DNA of 64,000 bases from assembly GCA_963668675.2 (NCBI GenBank), contig CAXXMB010000002.1, forward strand, positions 2,880,001 to 2,944,000, in the 5' to 3' direction. The position numbers and the translations under genes are program-made. The notes under the pieces are model-generated. The model worked only from the letters and a program-made list of their open reading frames with translations. It ran no database searches and was not told where the DNA came from. Source of the DNA: an uncultured Desulfatitalea sp. GTDB taxonomy: Bacteria; Desulfobacterota; Desulfobacteria; Desulfobacterales; Desulfosarcinaceae. Positions 32,230 to 41,280 of the stretch are shown here, in pieces; the stretch's first letter is position 1, and each line of letters starts with the position of its first letter.

Positions 32230-33275
32230 GTTTTAAAAAATGGCTGGACAAATCCGGCAAAGATCTGGCTCGCGACGTGCTGTTAGGTGCAGTCAAAGAC
32301 ACTGGACGATTCTCATGAACTTTTTGCCAACTGACCTTGATTTGCAACGGTTGAACCGGAAAACGTATTCATCCATCGACCTTGGAAAGTGCCGCGGATC
32401 AGTCGTTTGACCAAAGAGGCAATCAAATGGACACCATAGAGGCCAGATTCAGGGGCCTTCTGAGGGGCAGGCCCGACCTGATTATGATGGTATTCCTGGT
32501 TCAGCGCAGGACGATGGCTATTGAGTTCATTTGTGACGGCCGTGCTGCCGGTTTCAATGTTGTGATTGATAAAAGTTTCCAGTGAATAGGCTGAAAAGTC
32601 CAGGGCAACCTGCAAACGAACACGGCCAATTTGCCAATAATGATTAGCGGTCTCGGTATCTTCAACAGTGTCTCTCTCTATAGCAACCAAGACGATTGTT
32701 TTGCCCTCAGCACCACGGTTTCTTTTGCCAGATTTTTGGCCGCCGATGAAAAATTCATCCACTTCAACGCGCCCGGATAGTTTATTACGCCCTGGCGTAT
32801 GGTGCATCGTCTGAGTTTTTGCAGCCAGGTCCATGCTGTTCCATAGCTGCCAAAGCCTAATAGTTCTTTGAGATTTGTAGCATTGATCCCGGATTTTCGT
32901 GTGGTAAACCACCACATGGCATTTGACAAATAGGTAATTGGACTTTTTGTACTGTCCATAATGGTACCAGCAGTCAATGAATGTGTATGTTCACACTGGG
33001 TGCAGATATAAAGATTGCGTGCGCTGACCCAGTATTTAGTGTGACCGCATTTTTTGCAGGTAAATCCGTCGGGCCACTTTTGATCAAACAGATACTGGTA
33101 ACATGCTTTAGGATCAGAAAAACGGTGATCGAACTCAATCTCATTTTTAGGAAAATCTTCGGTAATCGTAAACTTTGTCATAACGGCCTCCTTTGTTGTT
33201 TTGAGGCTATTATAACAGCGGCGTGTGACAGATCCGGTCACACCTTAACGCAAACTTAAGTTTAATAGAGAACCG
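32230..33275 (-). mobile_element. Second IS1595-family element, frameshifted; left end not recognisable
   Basis: ORF from ATG 33181 with CKKC..CTQC and VEVDEFFIGG in a shifted frame; probable IR CGGTTCTCTATTAAACTTAAG ending at 33275. Left coordinate approximate. Confidence 0.8.
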
Positions 33276-33287
33276 GGTAAGGAAAAA

Positions 33288-33926
33288 ATGGGCATCAAAG
33301 ATCGCAGGCAAAGAGAAAAGGAACAACGGCGACAACAGATCCTCGTGGCTGCCAGAAAGGTCTTTCGTGAAAAAAGTTTCAACAAAGCGACGATAGAAGA
33401 TGTCGCCAAAGAGGCCGAACTGGGTTACAGCACGTTGTTCATCTATTTCAAGAACAAGGAAGAGCTTTACGCCGCGCTTTCCTTGAGAATCCTTTATTAT
33501 ATGAATATGCGCATCTCCCATGTTATGAATCAAAGCGATTTGAGTACGATGCAAAAACTTGACGCGCTGAAAGATGTCCTGTTCGATGTATATAATTATG
33601 ACCCTTTGGTTACCATAAACATGTATCACCTGCAGTCCAGCCAGACGCTGAAAAATCTCTCAGAGGATTTGCTCGATGAAATAAAAAATTTGGTGCGTTA
33701 CTCAAATACGGTCATTGCCAAAATCTTCGAGGAGGGCATCGACGCTGGCCTGTTTATCAAGAAGAATCCCGTCGCACTGGCCGATATCTTCGGGTCTCTT
33801 TTTTCCGGTATCGTCTTATGGGAGACGAGTAAAAGCACTTTGGATGATAAAAAAAACCATTTGAAATCGACGCTTGGAATCGCTTATGAAATTTTCAACC
33901 GGGGCATATTAGCGCAGCAATCCTGA
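33288..33926 (+). CDS. TetR/AcrR-family regulator
   Basis: RRQREKEQRRQQIL..ARKVF.EK....ATIEDVAKEAEL...TLFIYFKNKEEL. Confidence 0.92.
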   Translation: MGIKDRRQREKEQRRQQILVAARKVFREKSFNKATIEDVAKEAELGYSTLFIYFKNKEELYAALSLRILYYMNMRISHVMNQSDLSTMQKLDALKDVLFDVYNYDPLVTINMYHLQSSQTLKNLSEDLLDEIKNLVRYSNTVIAKIFEEGIDAGLFIKKNPVALADIFGSLFSGIVLWETSKSTLDDKKNHLKSTLGIAYEIFNRGILAQQS

Positions 33927-34124
33927 ACTGTTAGACCAGAAACAATCATTCCGGGATATATTTGATTATAGCCAGGGGAGAGCTGGTGGGACCACAGCTT
34001 GTCATTTTCTCTTTTTGACGGCAGCGCTCAATTATTCATCAATCTCGGAAATTTTAAATATATTCAAAGAATGTGGCCCAGCATCCCTTCCAAGCCTACC
34101 GGGCCCTATCCCTTCAATCCCTTC

Positions 34125-35066
34125 TCAGTTCAACATCCCCAATATATTCCCGCCAACCCGACTCAACCGAAAACTCGACTCCGCCGGCAATACCTCCATC
34201 TGGGCAGCCCTGGTATACGTGTTGACCACATGAAACATGGTCTCGCCCGCTTCCTGCGGCCAGGCCCATTCCACAGCATCCTTCTCACCGCCATTTAAAC
34301 CAAACTGACGATTGAAACTTGCCAGAGTCGCTGTGGGATCATCAACAGCCGATTCCATAGACAACTTGAACTGTGCTCTCTGAGCGCCCAATTCCAATGA
34401 CACCTTGTCCATCACATTCGGGAACTCACTCAAGATCTTGGTGCTCACATGCCGATATGACGCCGACACATCCGATTTTGCCACCAGACCATTCGTACAA
34501 ACCAAACGCAAAACGAAAGCCGCAATGGAAAGTGACGCCAGACCCACTTCAGAATTGGATATCGATATACCTGGTTTGAACTTATCACCGTTGATGTCGA
34601 ACGCCTTGGCACCATCAGGGATACTCAATGACATGAACTCCGGATCAAGATGACACTGGACTTGAGTCTCAGGTTTATATCCCAGAGCATCCAACCGTTC
34701 CATCACCTCGAAGTTGTCCACGGGAATATACTTGGTCGTAAACACCGCCCTAACCGCATAACCATCGAACCGGAACAGCAGGTGATCATTTTTCTCATGC
34801 TTGATCCAGTGGTTCAAATTCAGCGCCTGCACATCGGGAGGACACCTGGTCAAATAGGGATAAGGGATCCCAAGACGATTGGATATGGAACGCTGAGCTA
34901 CAGGTTTGACCGGATGGGGTTCACCTGCAATGAGCACAGTCTCCAGGTTATCGAAAGATATGTCAGGAACGTCGATGTTCTGGTCATAACAGGCCGATGA
35001 CAGCTCATCTACACGATCGAACACTTTTCCAAGGGTAGTCAAATTTGGTTTCATACGATTCTCCAT
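34125..35066 (-). CDS. DUF932-family protein
   Basis: GISISNSEVGLASLSIAAFVLRLVCTNGLV...RH motif. Confidence 0.8.
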   Translation of the reverse strand: MENRMKPNLTTLGKVFDRVDELSSACYDQNIDVPDISFDNLETVLIAGEPHPVKPVAQRSISNRLGIPYPYLTRCPPDVQALNLNHWIKHEKNDHLLFRFDGYAVRAVFTTKYIPVDNFEVMERLDALGYKPETQVQCHLDPEFMSLSIPDGAKAFDINGDKFKPGISISNSEVGLASLSIAAFVLRLVCTNGLVAKSDVSASYRHVSTKILSEFPNVMDKVSLELGAQRAQFKLSMESAVDDPTATLASFNRQFGLNGGEKDAVEWAWPQEAGETMFHVVNTYTRAAQMEVLPAESSFRLSRVGGNILGMLN

Positions 35067-35216
35067 TCAGGTTGAGTTCCGGAAAGATGCACCTTTCACC
35101 ACATGGCACACTATATTTTCCCTGACGACTCTACAGGGTGCATACCCATGCCAGCGGACGGGCGGCTTCCGGAATTTAGTTTCAATTATTGATTACACGG
35201 CGATCGAAGAGAGATT

Positions 35217-35366
35217 TTAACGGGGCAGGACTTTGACCGGTGAGTTATTTGAAGTGGGGTTCGGTTTGGTTTTTTCAGGCCGGAGACGGCTGATTTTATC
35301 GCTGCATTTGCTCGATTGCTTATCGTCTACTGCTTTTTTCTTAAATGCCCGAAACGGATAGGCCAT
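35217..35366 (-). CDS. Small basic hypothetical peptide (49 aa)
   Basis: AGGAGG RBS, then MAYPFRAFKKKAVDDKQSSKCSDKISRLRPEKTKPNPTSNNSPVKVLPR*; starts 3 bp after the upstream gene's stop. Confidence 0.45.
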   Translation of the reverse strand: MAYPFRAFKKKAVDDKQSSKCSDKISRLRPEKTKPNPTSNNSPVKVLPR

Positions 35367-35369
35367 TTG

Positions 35370-35864
35370 TTAACCTCCTTTCTCATTGTCGTCAGGCAGG
35401 CACGGGCTACCCAGATCGAACAGGGCAATGGTCACCGGCATGGAAATGGTCGGATAGAGCATCTCGATCTCCGTTTTGACCAGATCGTTAGTTGTGCCCA
35501 GTTGCGACTTTTTGCTGCGTTGCCCCGTGAGCATCAAGACACCGGTATCGATTCTGCTCTGATCAAATCCCACCTGGAGACGAAACAGCCCTTCCAGGAT
35601 GTACTCGTAGCTTGCAAAATTGCCTTCGATGGCCACCTGCTTTTTCAAGCCCTTATACAGATAGCGCCGGCCTTTAAGGATCTGCCGGTTGGCGTCACAC
35701 CAGCCCATCTCATTTAAGGCAAAGCCGCTCAATTCCTTTTTGTACAAGGCTCCGTACAGACACTGCTCCAGATAGTGCATGGTCTGCATCACATCATCTT
35801 TCAGGTGTTTGGAGTGTAAAATACGATCAGCGTCTCTGAAATGCATCACTTCAACCGGCATCAC
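35370..35864 (-). CDS. BglII/BstYI-like restriction-endonuclease-fold protein, degenerate (paralog 1)
   Basis: L.EMGW...KKQVAIEGNFASYEYILEGLFRLQVGFDQSRIDTGVLML. Confidence 0.6.
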   Translation of the reverse strand: MMPVEVMHFRDADRILHSKHLKDDVMQTMHYLEQCLYGALYKKELSGFALNEMGWCDANRQILKGRRYLYKGLKKQVAIEGNFASYEYILEGLFRLQVGFDQSRIDTGVLMLTGQRSKKSQLGTTNDLVKTEIEMLYPTISMPVTIALFDLGSPCLPDDNEKGG

Positions 35865-35959
35865 AGCCTCCTTACAGTCGGTTTAATGGTTACAGTTATG
35901 GGTGGGAGAATGGAAGAGATCCGGTGATGAGGACGGGTTAAGCGGTTAATGAGATCGAT

Positions 35960-36460
35960 CTACAAGATGGTGGGAGTTTGAAGACCGTTTCTGATGAAAG
36001 GATCGTTCAAATCGTACAGGCAGATGCTTACCGGCATGGATAGGATCGGCTCCATGGCACCCATGTCCTTTTCGATCAACTCTTTCATGTCGGTGTCCTT
36101 GCAGATCCGGCTGCCCTGGGTCGAGAGCATCAAAATGCCCGCATCGATTTGCCCCTTGTCGTAACCGAGCTGCAGGGTCATCAGTCCTTCGACGATATAA
36201 TCGTAGGTGTCCAGACCGGCCTCGATGGCAACGCCGTGCTTGTATCCCAAGAAACGATAACTGCGCCCGGCAATGATATTCCAGACCGGTCCTTTGTGCC
36301 AGCCCATCTCATTAAGGGCGGCCCTGAGCAGATCATTGCGCCTGAAAACGCCATTTAAGCTGTTTAAGACATGGTTCACCGTCATGGTCACATCGGAGGC
36401 CATGGCCTTTTGCTCGAAAACCTTGTGCGCCTCTCGAAAATGAAACAGATGATACATCAT
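35960..36460 (-). CDS. BglII/BstYI-like restriction-endonuclease-fold protein, degenerate (paralog 2)
   Basis: LNEMGW...KHGVAIEAGLDTYDYIVEGLMTLQLGYDKGQIDAGILML; aligns end to end with 35370-35864. Confidence 0.6.
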   Translation of the reverse strand: MMYHLFHFREAHKVFEQKAMASDVTMTVNHVLNSLNGVFRRNDLLRAALNEMGWHKGPVWNIIAGRSYRFLGYKHGVAIEAGLDTYDYIVEGLMTLQLGYDKGQIDAGILMLSTQGSRICKDTDMKELIEKDMGAMEPILSMPVSICLYDLNDPFIRNGLQTPTIL

Positions 36461-36540
36461 AACATTTGATCTCCTTTACTTTTTTGTTCGAATGTTTCGG
36501 GCAAATTACGCTGAAGGGCTTCGGGGAAGGTTTATCGTTT

Positions 36541-38382
36541 TTACTTCTTTCCTAAAATCTCATCTAAAAAGATTGACTTGTTGGTGGGTTGTCCCAGATA
36601 GTTCAAGGGGTATGACAGAAACAACAGCTGCATTGCTCGTGAGATAGCTACAAAACAGATCCGGCGCTCTTCTTCCATGTTTCCCTTCTTGCTGGGCATC
36701 AATCCTTCGACCAGACCGATTACAAACACTGCCGGAAACTCCAACCCCTTTGCCTTGTGCACCGTCATCAAGCTCACGCCCTCTTTATCGTCGGCAGCGG
36801 CTTGATCCTGAAAACTGTCCGTATATTCAAGAAAGGCACCAATGCTTGAATATCTTGAAGCGGCCAACTGGAGTTGATTAATGTTGGAGATCTTCACATC
36901 ATCGGGACTGGGGATATCCTCATCCACGATAAATCGATCGTAGTCCAGGCTGGTACGGATATTCTGAATGACCTCGGCCGGCTCAAGCGATTCAACATCC
37001 TCCATCAATGAATCCATATACGAAGTGAACACCTTGATGTTATTACGAACGAAGGGCAATTCGACGATCATGGATTTTATCCCCTCAAAATGATGAATGC
37101 CCCTTTGTCTGCAATAGTCTTTGAGCTGATCCTTGATCTTGTTGCTGACATAGCGCACCGGCACATTGAGGATATTGAGCAGTGCTTCATCGGCCTCATC
37201 GCTGTCAGGGGCATGGATCACCCGCATATAATCCAGCAGGCACCTGACCTCGAATCGATCATAAAAGGTCCGTCCGTTTTGGATATGATAGGGGATCTTG
37301 TTCTGCAAAAAGGCCTCTTCCACATACCGGGATTGAAAGTTGGCCCGATATAACACGGCAATATCACTGAACTCGTAGCCCTTTCGTTCCACCAGATCGA
37401 CAATCTCGTTGACGATCCCCGATGCCTCGCTCTCTTCATTGGAGGATTCTAAAACAATGATGTCATCCCCGTCAGGATTGTCGGTCTTAAGCTCTTTGTG
37501 GATCTGTTTGACATTGTGATGGATCAGGTTCTGGCAGGCCCGAAGGATCTGGGGCGTGGATCGATAGTTGAGATCGAGGATGAACTGCTTTGCCTCGGGA
37601 AACACAGATTGAAAGTTTAAGATGTTGCCAACGGATGCTCCCGTAAATGAATAGATCGCCTGAGAATCATCACCAGTCACCCAGAAGCTCGATCGAATGC
37701 TCTCACGGATCAGCAGTTTCATAATCTCAAACTGAACCGGGTTGGTATCTTGAAACTCATCGACCAAGATGCTGGTAAAGGTTTGCTGGTATCTGGACCT
37801 CACCTCATCATTGTCCCGAAGCAGATAATAGGTCTCAAGCAGGATGTCATCGAAATCGAGCAACAGTTTCTTTTGCTTTTTGTCATCGTAGGCTTGATAG
37901 ACGGCTGCAATCTTTTGCATGGTCGCATCGCCTTCGAACAGCACCTTAAACTCTGCCGGATCGATGATGTTGTTTTTGGCCAATGAGATTTCTCGAAGAA
38001 CGGTTCCCACGGTCAAGTCCTTTACCTTAAGTGATTGCATCACTTTTTTCATGAACACCATTTGCTCTTTACCAGACAAGATCTCAAACACCCTGCCCTC
38101 GCATCCCAGAAGCAGATGACAAAAGGAATGGATGGTCGAGAGCTTAACCCGTGAAGAAAGTTCACCCAAAACGGATACCAGTCGCGTTCTCATTTGATCA
38201 GATGCGTTCCTGGTAAAAGTAAGTCCCAGGATGTTTTCCGGGGCAATGCCATGCTCTGTGACCAATATGCCGATACGCTCCATCATGGTTTTGGTCTTGC
38301 CGGATCCAGGCACGGCTATCACAACGGCAATGCCATCTTTAAACGCTGCTGCTTCACGCTGTTTGCGATTCATGTCGTTCAT
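36541..38382 (-). CDS. UvrD/PcrA-family SF1 helicase
   Basis: AVPGSGKT, VDEFQDTN, GDDSQAIYSF, NYRSTPQI, MTVHKAKGLEF, EERRICFVAISRA. Confidence 0.95.
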   Translation of the reverse strand: MNDMNRKQREAAAFKDGIAVVIAVPGSGKTKTMMERIGILVTEHGIAPENILGLTFTRNASDQMRTRLVSVLGELSSRVKLSTIHSFCHLLLGCEGRVFEILSGKEQMVFMKKVMQSLKVKDLTVGTVLREISLAKNNIIDPAEFKVLFEGDATMQKIAAVYQAYDDKKQKKLLLDFDDILLETYYLLRDNDEVRSRYQQTFTSILVDEFQDTNPVQFEIMKLLIRESIRSSFWVTGDDSQAIYSFTGASVGNILNFQSVFPEAKQFILDLNYRSTPQILRACQNLIHHNVKQIHKELKTDNPDGDDIIVLESSNEESEASGIVNEIVDLVERKGYEFSDIAVLYRANFQSRYVEEAFLQNKIPYHIQNGRTFYDRFEVRCLLDYMRVIHAPDSDEADEALLNILNVPVRYVSNKIKDQLKDYCRQRGIHHFEGIKSMIVELPFVRNNIKVFTSYMDSLMEDVESLEPAEVIQNIRTSLDYDRFIVDEDIPSPDDVKISNINQLQLAASRYSSIGAFLEYTDSFQDQAAADDKEGVSLMTVHKAKGLEFPAVFVIGLVEGLMPSKKGNMEEERRICFVAISRAMQLLFLSYPLNYLGQPTNKSIFLDEILGKK

Positions 38383-38669
38383 GCGGCCCGATCCTCCTTT
38401 TCAAGGTTGCGGATGGTGTTGATGGCCATCTTGATCCTGAACCGTTTGGCCACCAACTCGTTGATCTGGGAACTGGTCTTGTCCTCTTTGATGAGTTTGG
38501 ACAGGGCCTTTCCGTAATCCTTGTGAAGCTCTTGCAGAAAGGTGATGACCGCATCGGGAGGATGTCGTCTCAATAGCAACTCTACGTTGACGATCTGATA
38601 GATCCGATCACCATCCGACTGCATGAAGGTCAAAAACTCCTGAACGTTATTGATTGCTCGCTTGGTCAT
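38379..38669 (-). CDS. Hypothetical helical protein (96 aa)
   Basis: RBS and ATG at 38669; overlaps both neighbours, suggesting translational coupling. Confidence 0.7.
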   Translation of the reverse strand: MTKRAINNVQEFLTFMQSDGDRIYQIVNVELLLRRHPPDAVITFLQELHKDYGKALSKLIKEDKTSSQINELVAKRFRIKMAINTIRNLEKEDRAA

Positions 38670-39474
38670 ACTCTTCTCCTTCCAGATAGGCGTCACAGGC
38701 CTGTTTGTGGGCGCACCCTTTGCACTTCCAGCTGGTATCGTTGGGTACGAACACTTCTTTTGAGATACCATCCCACACCTGTCTGGCCTTTTTAATCAGG
38801 CGCCTTTCGTCCAATTCTGTTCGCGTGGTCCAGTATTGTTCGCATTTTGGGGTCTTTGTCTTGATGAGGGTATCGAAGCGCAACAGGATTTCCCGGTCAG
38901 CATATCCATTTTGCTTAGCAGCGATTTGATACATGGTCAGCTGCTGGTTCTGGTCCACTTCGTCTTTTGAATAGGCCCGACCCGATGTCTTGAAGTCGGT
39001 AATGATCAGGGTGCCAGCGGAGTCCTCTTCAACCAGGTCCATGGCTCCGATGATTGGAATATCGATACCCGGCAGATTGAAACTAAATGCTTCCTCAATG
39101 GCAAGGATGGTAAAATCGTCATCGGGCAGTTTACTGTACCATGCGGAAAGAAGGTCTTTTCCATACATCAGGTAGGAGTTGTAATCCTTGCCGTCGGCAT
39201 ATTTGATATCGGTGCGACCTTTGGCTATTTCCAACCATTTGAAAACGAAGAATTCATGAACATCTTTCAACAACATCCGATCGCCGATCATCCTGGCGCT
39301 GTAAAACTCTTCAAGTACCCGATGAATGCAGGTGCCAAACTCCAAGGCATCTGACTTGAACTCCATTGGCAGTTTGTCGATCCTGCCGAACCTATACAGC
39401 AATGAGCACTCCACGTATTCGTTTATGGAAGATGCCGACAGGTGGGGCGTTTGCCGCAATTCACTTAAAACCAT
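38647..39474 (-). CDS. PD-(D/E)XK RecB/AddB/Cas4-like nuclease with 4-Cys Fe-S motif
   Basis: LSASSINEYVEC, FGTCIH..LE, GAMDLV, ITDFKTS, QLTMY, CKGCAHKQAC. Confidence 0.88.
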   Translation of the reverse strand: MVLSELRQTPHLSASSINEYVECSLLYRFGRIDKLPMEFKSDALEFGTCIHRVLEEFYSARMIGDRMLLKDVHEFFVFKWLEIAKGRTDIKYADGKDYNSYLMYGKDLLSAWYSKLPDDDFTILAIEEAFSFNLPGIDIPIIGAMDLVEEDSAGTLIITDFKTSGRAYSKDEVDQNQQLTMYQIAAKQNGYADREILLRFDTLIKTKTPKCEQYWTTRTELDERRLIKKARQVWDGISKEVFVPNDTSWKCKGCAHKQACDAYLEGEEYDQASNQ

Positions 39475-39534
39475 TTTAAGTCACCTCCATTAGGTTGATC
39501 CTAAAGCCGCTGTATCTGGCGTATTTCTAAAATG

Positions 39535-39585
39535 AAAGGCGACAGGATCTTGTCCGATAAGGAGTCACAAAATCCTATCGCCCTT
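39535..39585 (-). other. 19-bp stem-loop upstream of the nuclease gene
   Basis: Minus strand AAGGGCGATAGGATTTTGT...ACAAGATCCTGTCGCCTTT pairs fully when G-T is allowed. Confidence 0.7.
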
Positions 39586-39595
39586 TTGAGGGTAT

Positions 39596-39863
39596 AGTTT
39601 GATTCTCAATCCCAAAATCACACATGATCAGGCCCATCGTTGTATTTGCCAGATGCGAACCAGAACATAGAAGATGGATTTTCAACCATTTCATGGCTGC
39701 AAGATGCCAACTCGCTGCCCGGTTTTAATCCGATTGTGACCGAGGTAATCTTCGAGAACGGTTCTGGTGAAGGGAATCAATCCAGCTTCATTCTCTGGTT
39801 TGCCCGGATTTATTCTGGGGATTTACGGAATGATGAGAATCAAACTGACAACCGTTCGAGATT
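39596..39863. repeat. Long imperfect inverted repeat / structured non-coding region
   Basis: Perfect 13-bp IR at 39596-39608 and 39834-39846; nested arms 39655-39664/39794-39803 and 39670-39680/39779-39789. Confidence 0.75.
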
Positions 39864-39869
39864 CGATCT

Positions 39870-40844
39870 TTATGCCGCTTGCTGCAGATTGCGGATAAAC
39901 GACGATGCATCCTTGGTTGTCAGGTTGGCAAGTTCCACACCGTAAGATTCTTCGACCATGGATTCAATCTCATCCACACTGATGCCGCGTCGACGGGAAA
40001 GATTGAAGATTGCACGTTTTTGAGCTTCCGACATTTTAGGTTGCCCGGTTTGATCCGGTTGCTCTTTAGGTTCGGTTTCAGGTTTCTTATCCAGGGACTC
40101 TTTGGCGTCCGGTTGCTTCGTTTGTGTCGCCTTCTCCGTCGTTTTCTTTTTGGGTGCCTTTTGTGTTGATTTCCCGGTAGCTTTAGGTTGGGTCTTAGGT
40201 GCCTTTTTGCCATCGGGTGTACCGATCACTTCATCAAAGTCGGCCAGTTCCTCAACGGTGCAAATGCCGATATTGCACATGTCCCTCAAGCATCTTGCTT
40301 TTGCTCTGGTCGATGACATACGAATCAAATGCTTTGCGATCATGGAGGCACAGTTGCTGGGATTGGCATCTCCGATATCAGAAAACACATCACCGCTTTT
40401 ACCTTCAGCCACGGCTCGACAGATCGCTTCATTCCCGTTCTCTTTCGAGGGAAATTGAATCAGCTCGACTTCGAGTTTTAAAAGTCCCCGTTGGGTTGCC
40501 AGATCCAACACGCCGGCATACAGGACGAAGTCTTTCCCTTTGATGTTGGAGATGAAACGTTCATCGAGTTTGGGTTCATGTTTTTCAAGAAAGCATGCTC
40601 CTTCGACCTGCTTTTGGGGAATGGCGTTGTATACGGCAAGGATGTGTTTGCATTTGAAGTTGGGGTCCTTCTTTACGTTCTTTGCAAAATCCCCACATGT
40701 GCAGCTATCCCCTTTATCGTCCAGGGTCACGTTGTATAATATTTTTCCCTCGCCGCTTTCGACAAAGTATTGGCCGTCTTCGCTTTGAAGGACTTTCAAC
40801 TGTTCGGATTTTTGGTTTCTCTTTTGGATTTCTTTGGCCGTCAT
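39870..40844 (-). CDS. SWIM zinc finger + Rad52/Bet-like annealase-type domain protein
   Basis: CTCGDF...CKH (SWIM); central RMSSTRAKARCLRD helix resembles single-strand annealing proteins; Lys/Pro-rich linker; C-terminal SEAQKRAIF domain. Confidence 0.65.
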   Translation of the reverse strand: MTAKEIQKRNQKSEQLKVLQSEDGQYFVESGEGKILYNVTLDDKGDSCTCGDFAKNVKKDPNFKCKHILAVYNAIPQKQVEGACFLEKHEPKLDERFISNIKGKDFVLYAGVLDLATQRGLLKLEVELIQFPSKENGNEAICRAVAEGKSGDVFSDIGDANPSNCASMIAKHLIRMSSTRAKARCLRDMCNIGICTVEELADFDEVIGTPDGKKAPKTQPKATGKSTQKAPKKKTTEKATQTKQPDAKESLDKKPETEPKEQPDQTGQPKMSEAQKRAIFNLSRRRGISVDEIESMVEESYGVELANLTTKDASSFIRNLQQAA

Positions 40845-40900
40845 GGTTCCTCCTGTATAGTCGTTGAAATTTGGTTGCTTTGAATTAATTCGGATGGGCT

Positions 40901-41233
40901 CTATTGGTTGTCGCCGTCATCGAATCCCCTGCCGTCTGTCTTGATGAATTCGATGGAGTTTGCGATCAGTTGATATGATGTTCGGGTTGCGCCTTCGTCT
41001 GTCTCCCATTTTTGCTGATCGAGGGTTCCAATGACAGCGATACGGGCGCCTTTGTGAAGATATGTTTCTGTGATCTCTGCCAGTTTGTTAAAGCAGGTGA
41101 CTTTGATCCACCCGGTCTTTTTCTTGGATGACTTAAAGGCCATATTGAATGTGGACACCGGGTCCCCTTCTGAACCGTAGAAGACTTCGGGATCTGCACC
41201 CAGATTGCCGGATAAAATGCATGAGTTGAGCAT
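40901..41233 (-). CDS. ssb: Single-stranded DNA-binding protein
   Basis: MLNSCILSGNLGADPE...WIKVTCFNKLAE...YLHKGARIAVIGTL. Confidence 0.92.
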   Translation of the reverse strand: MLNSCILSGNLGADPEVFYGSEGDPVSTFNMAFKSSKKKTGWIKVTCFNKLAEITETYLHKGARIAVIGTLDQQKWETDEGATRTSYQLIANSIEFIKTDGRGFDDGDNQ

Positions 41234-41280
41234 AATGGTTTACTCCTTCATCGATAATGGTTTGGGTTTTTACGCTGGGG

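Noticed and set aside
38647..39474. Cas4-like nuclease as evidence of a CRISPR-Cas system
   Set aside because: No cas1/cas2 and no repeat-spacer array seen; solo Cas4/RecB-like nucleases are common in mobile elements.
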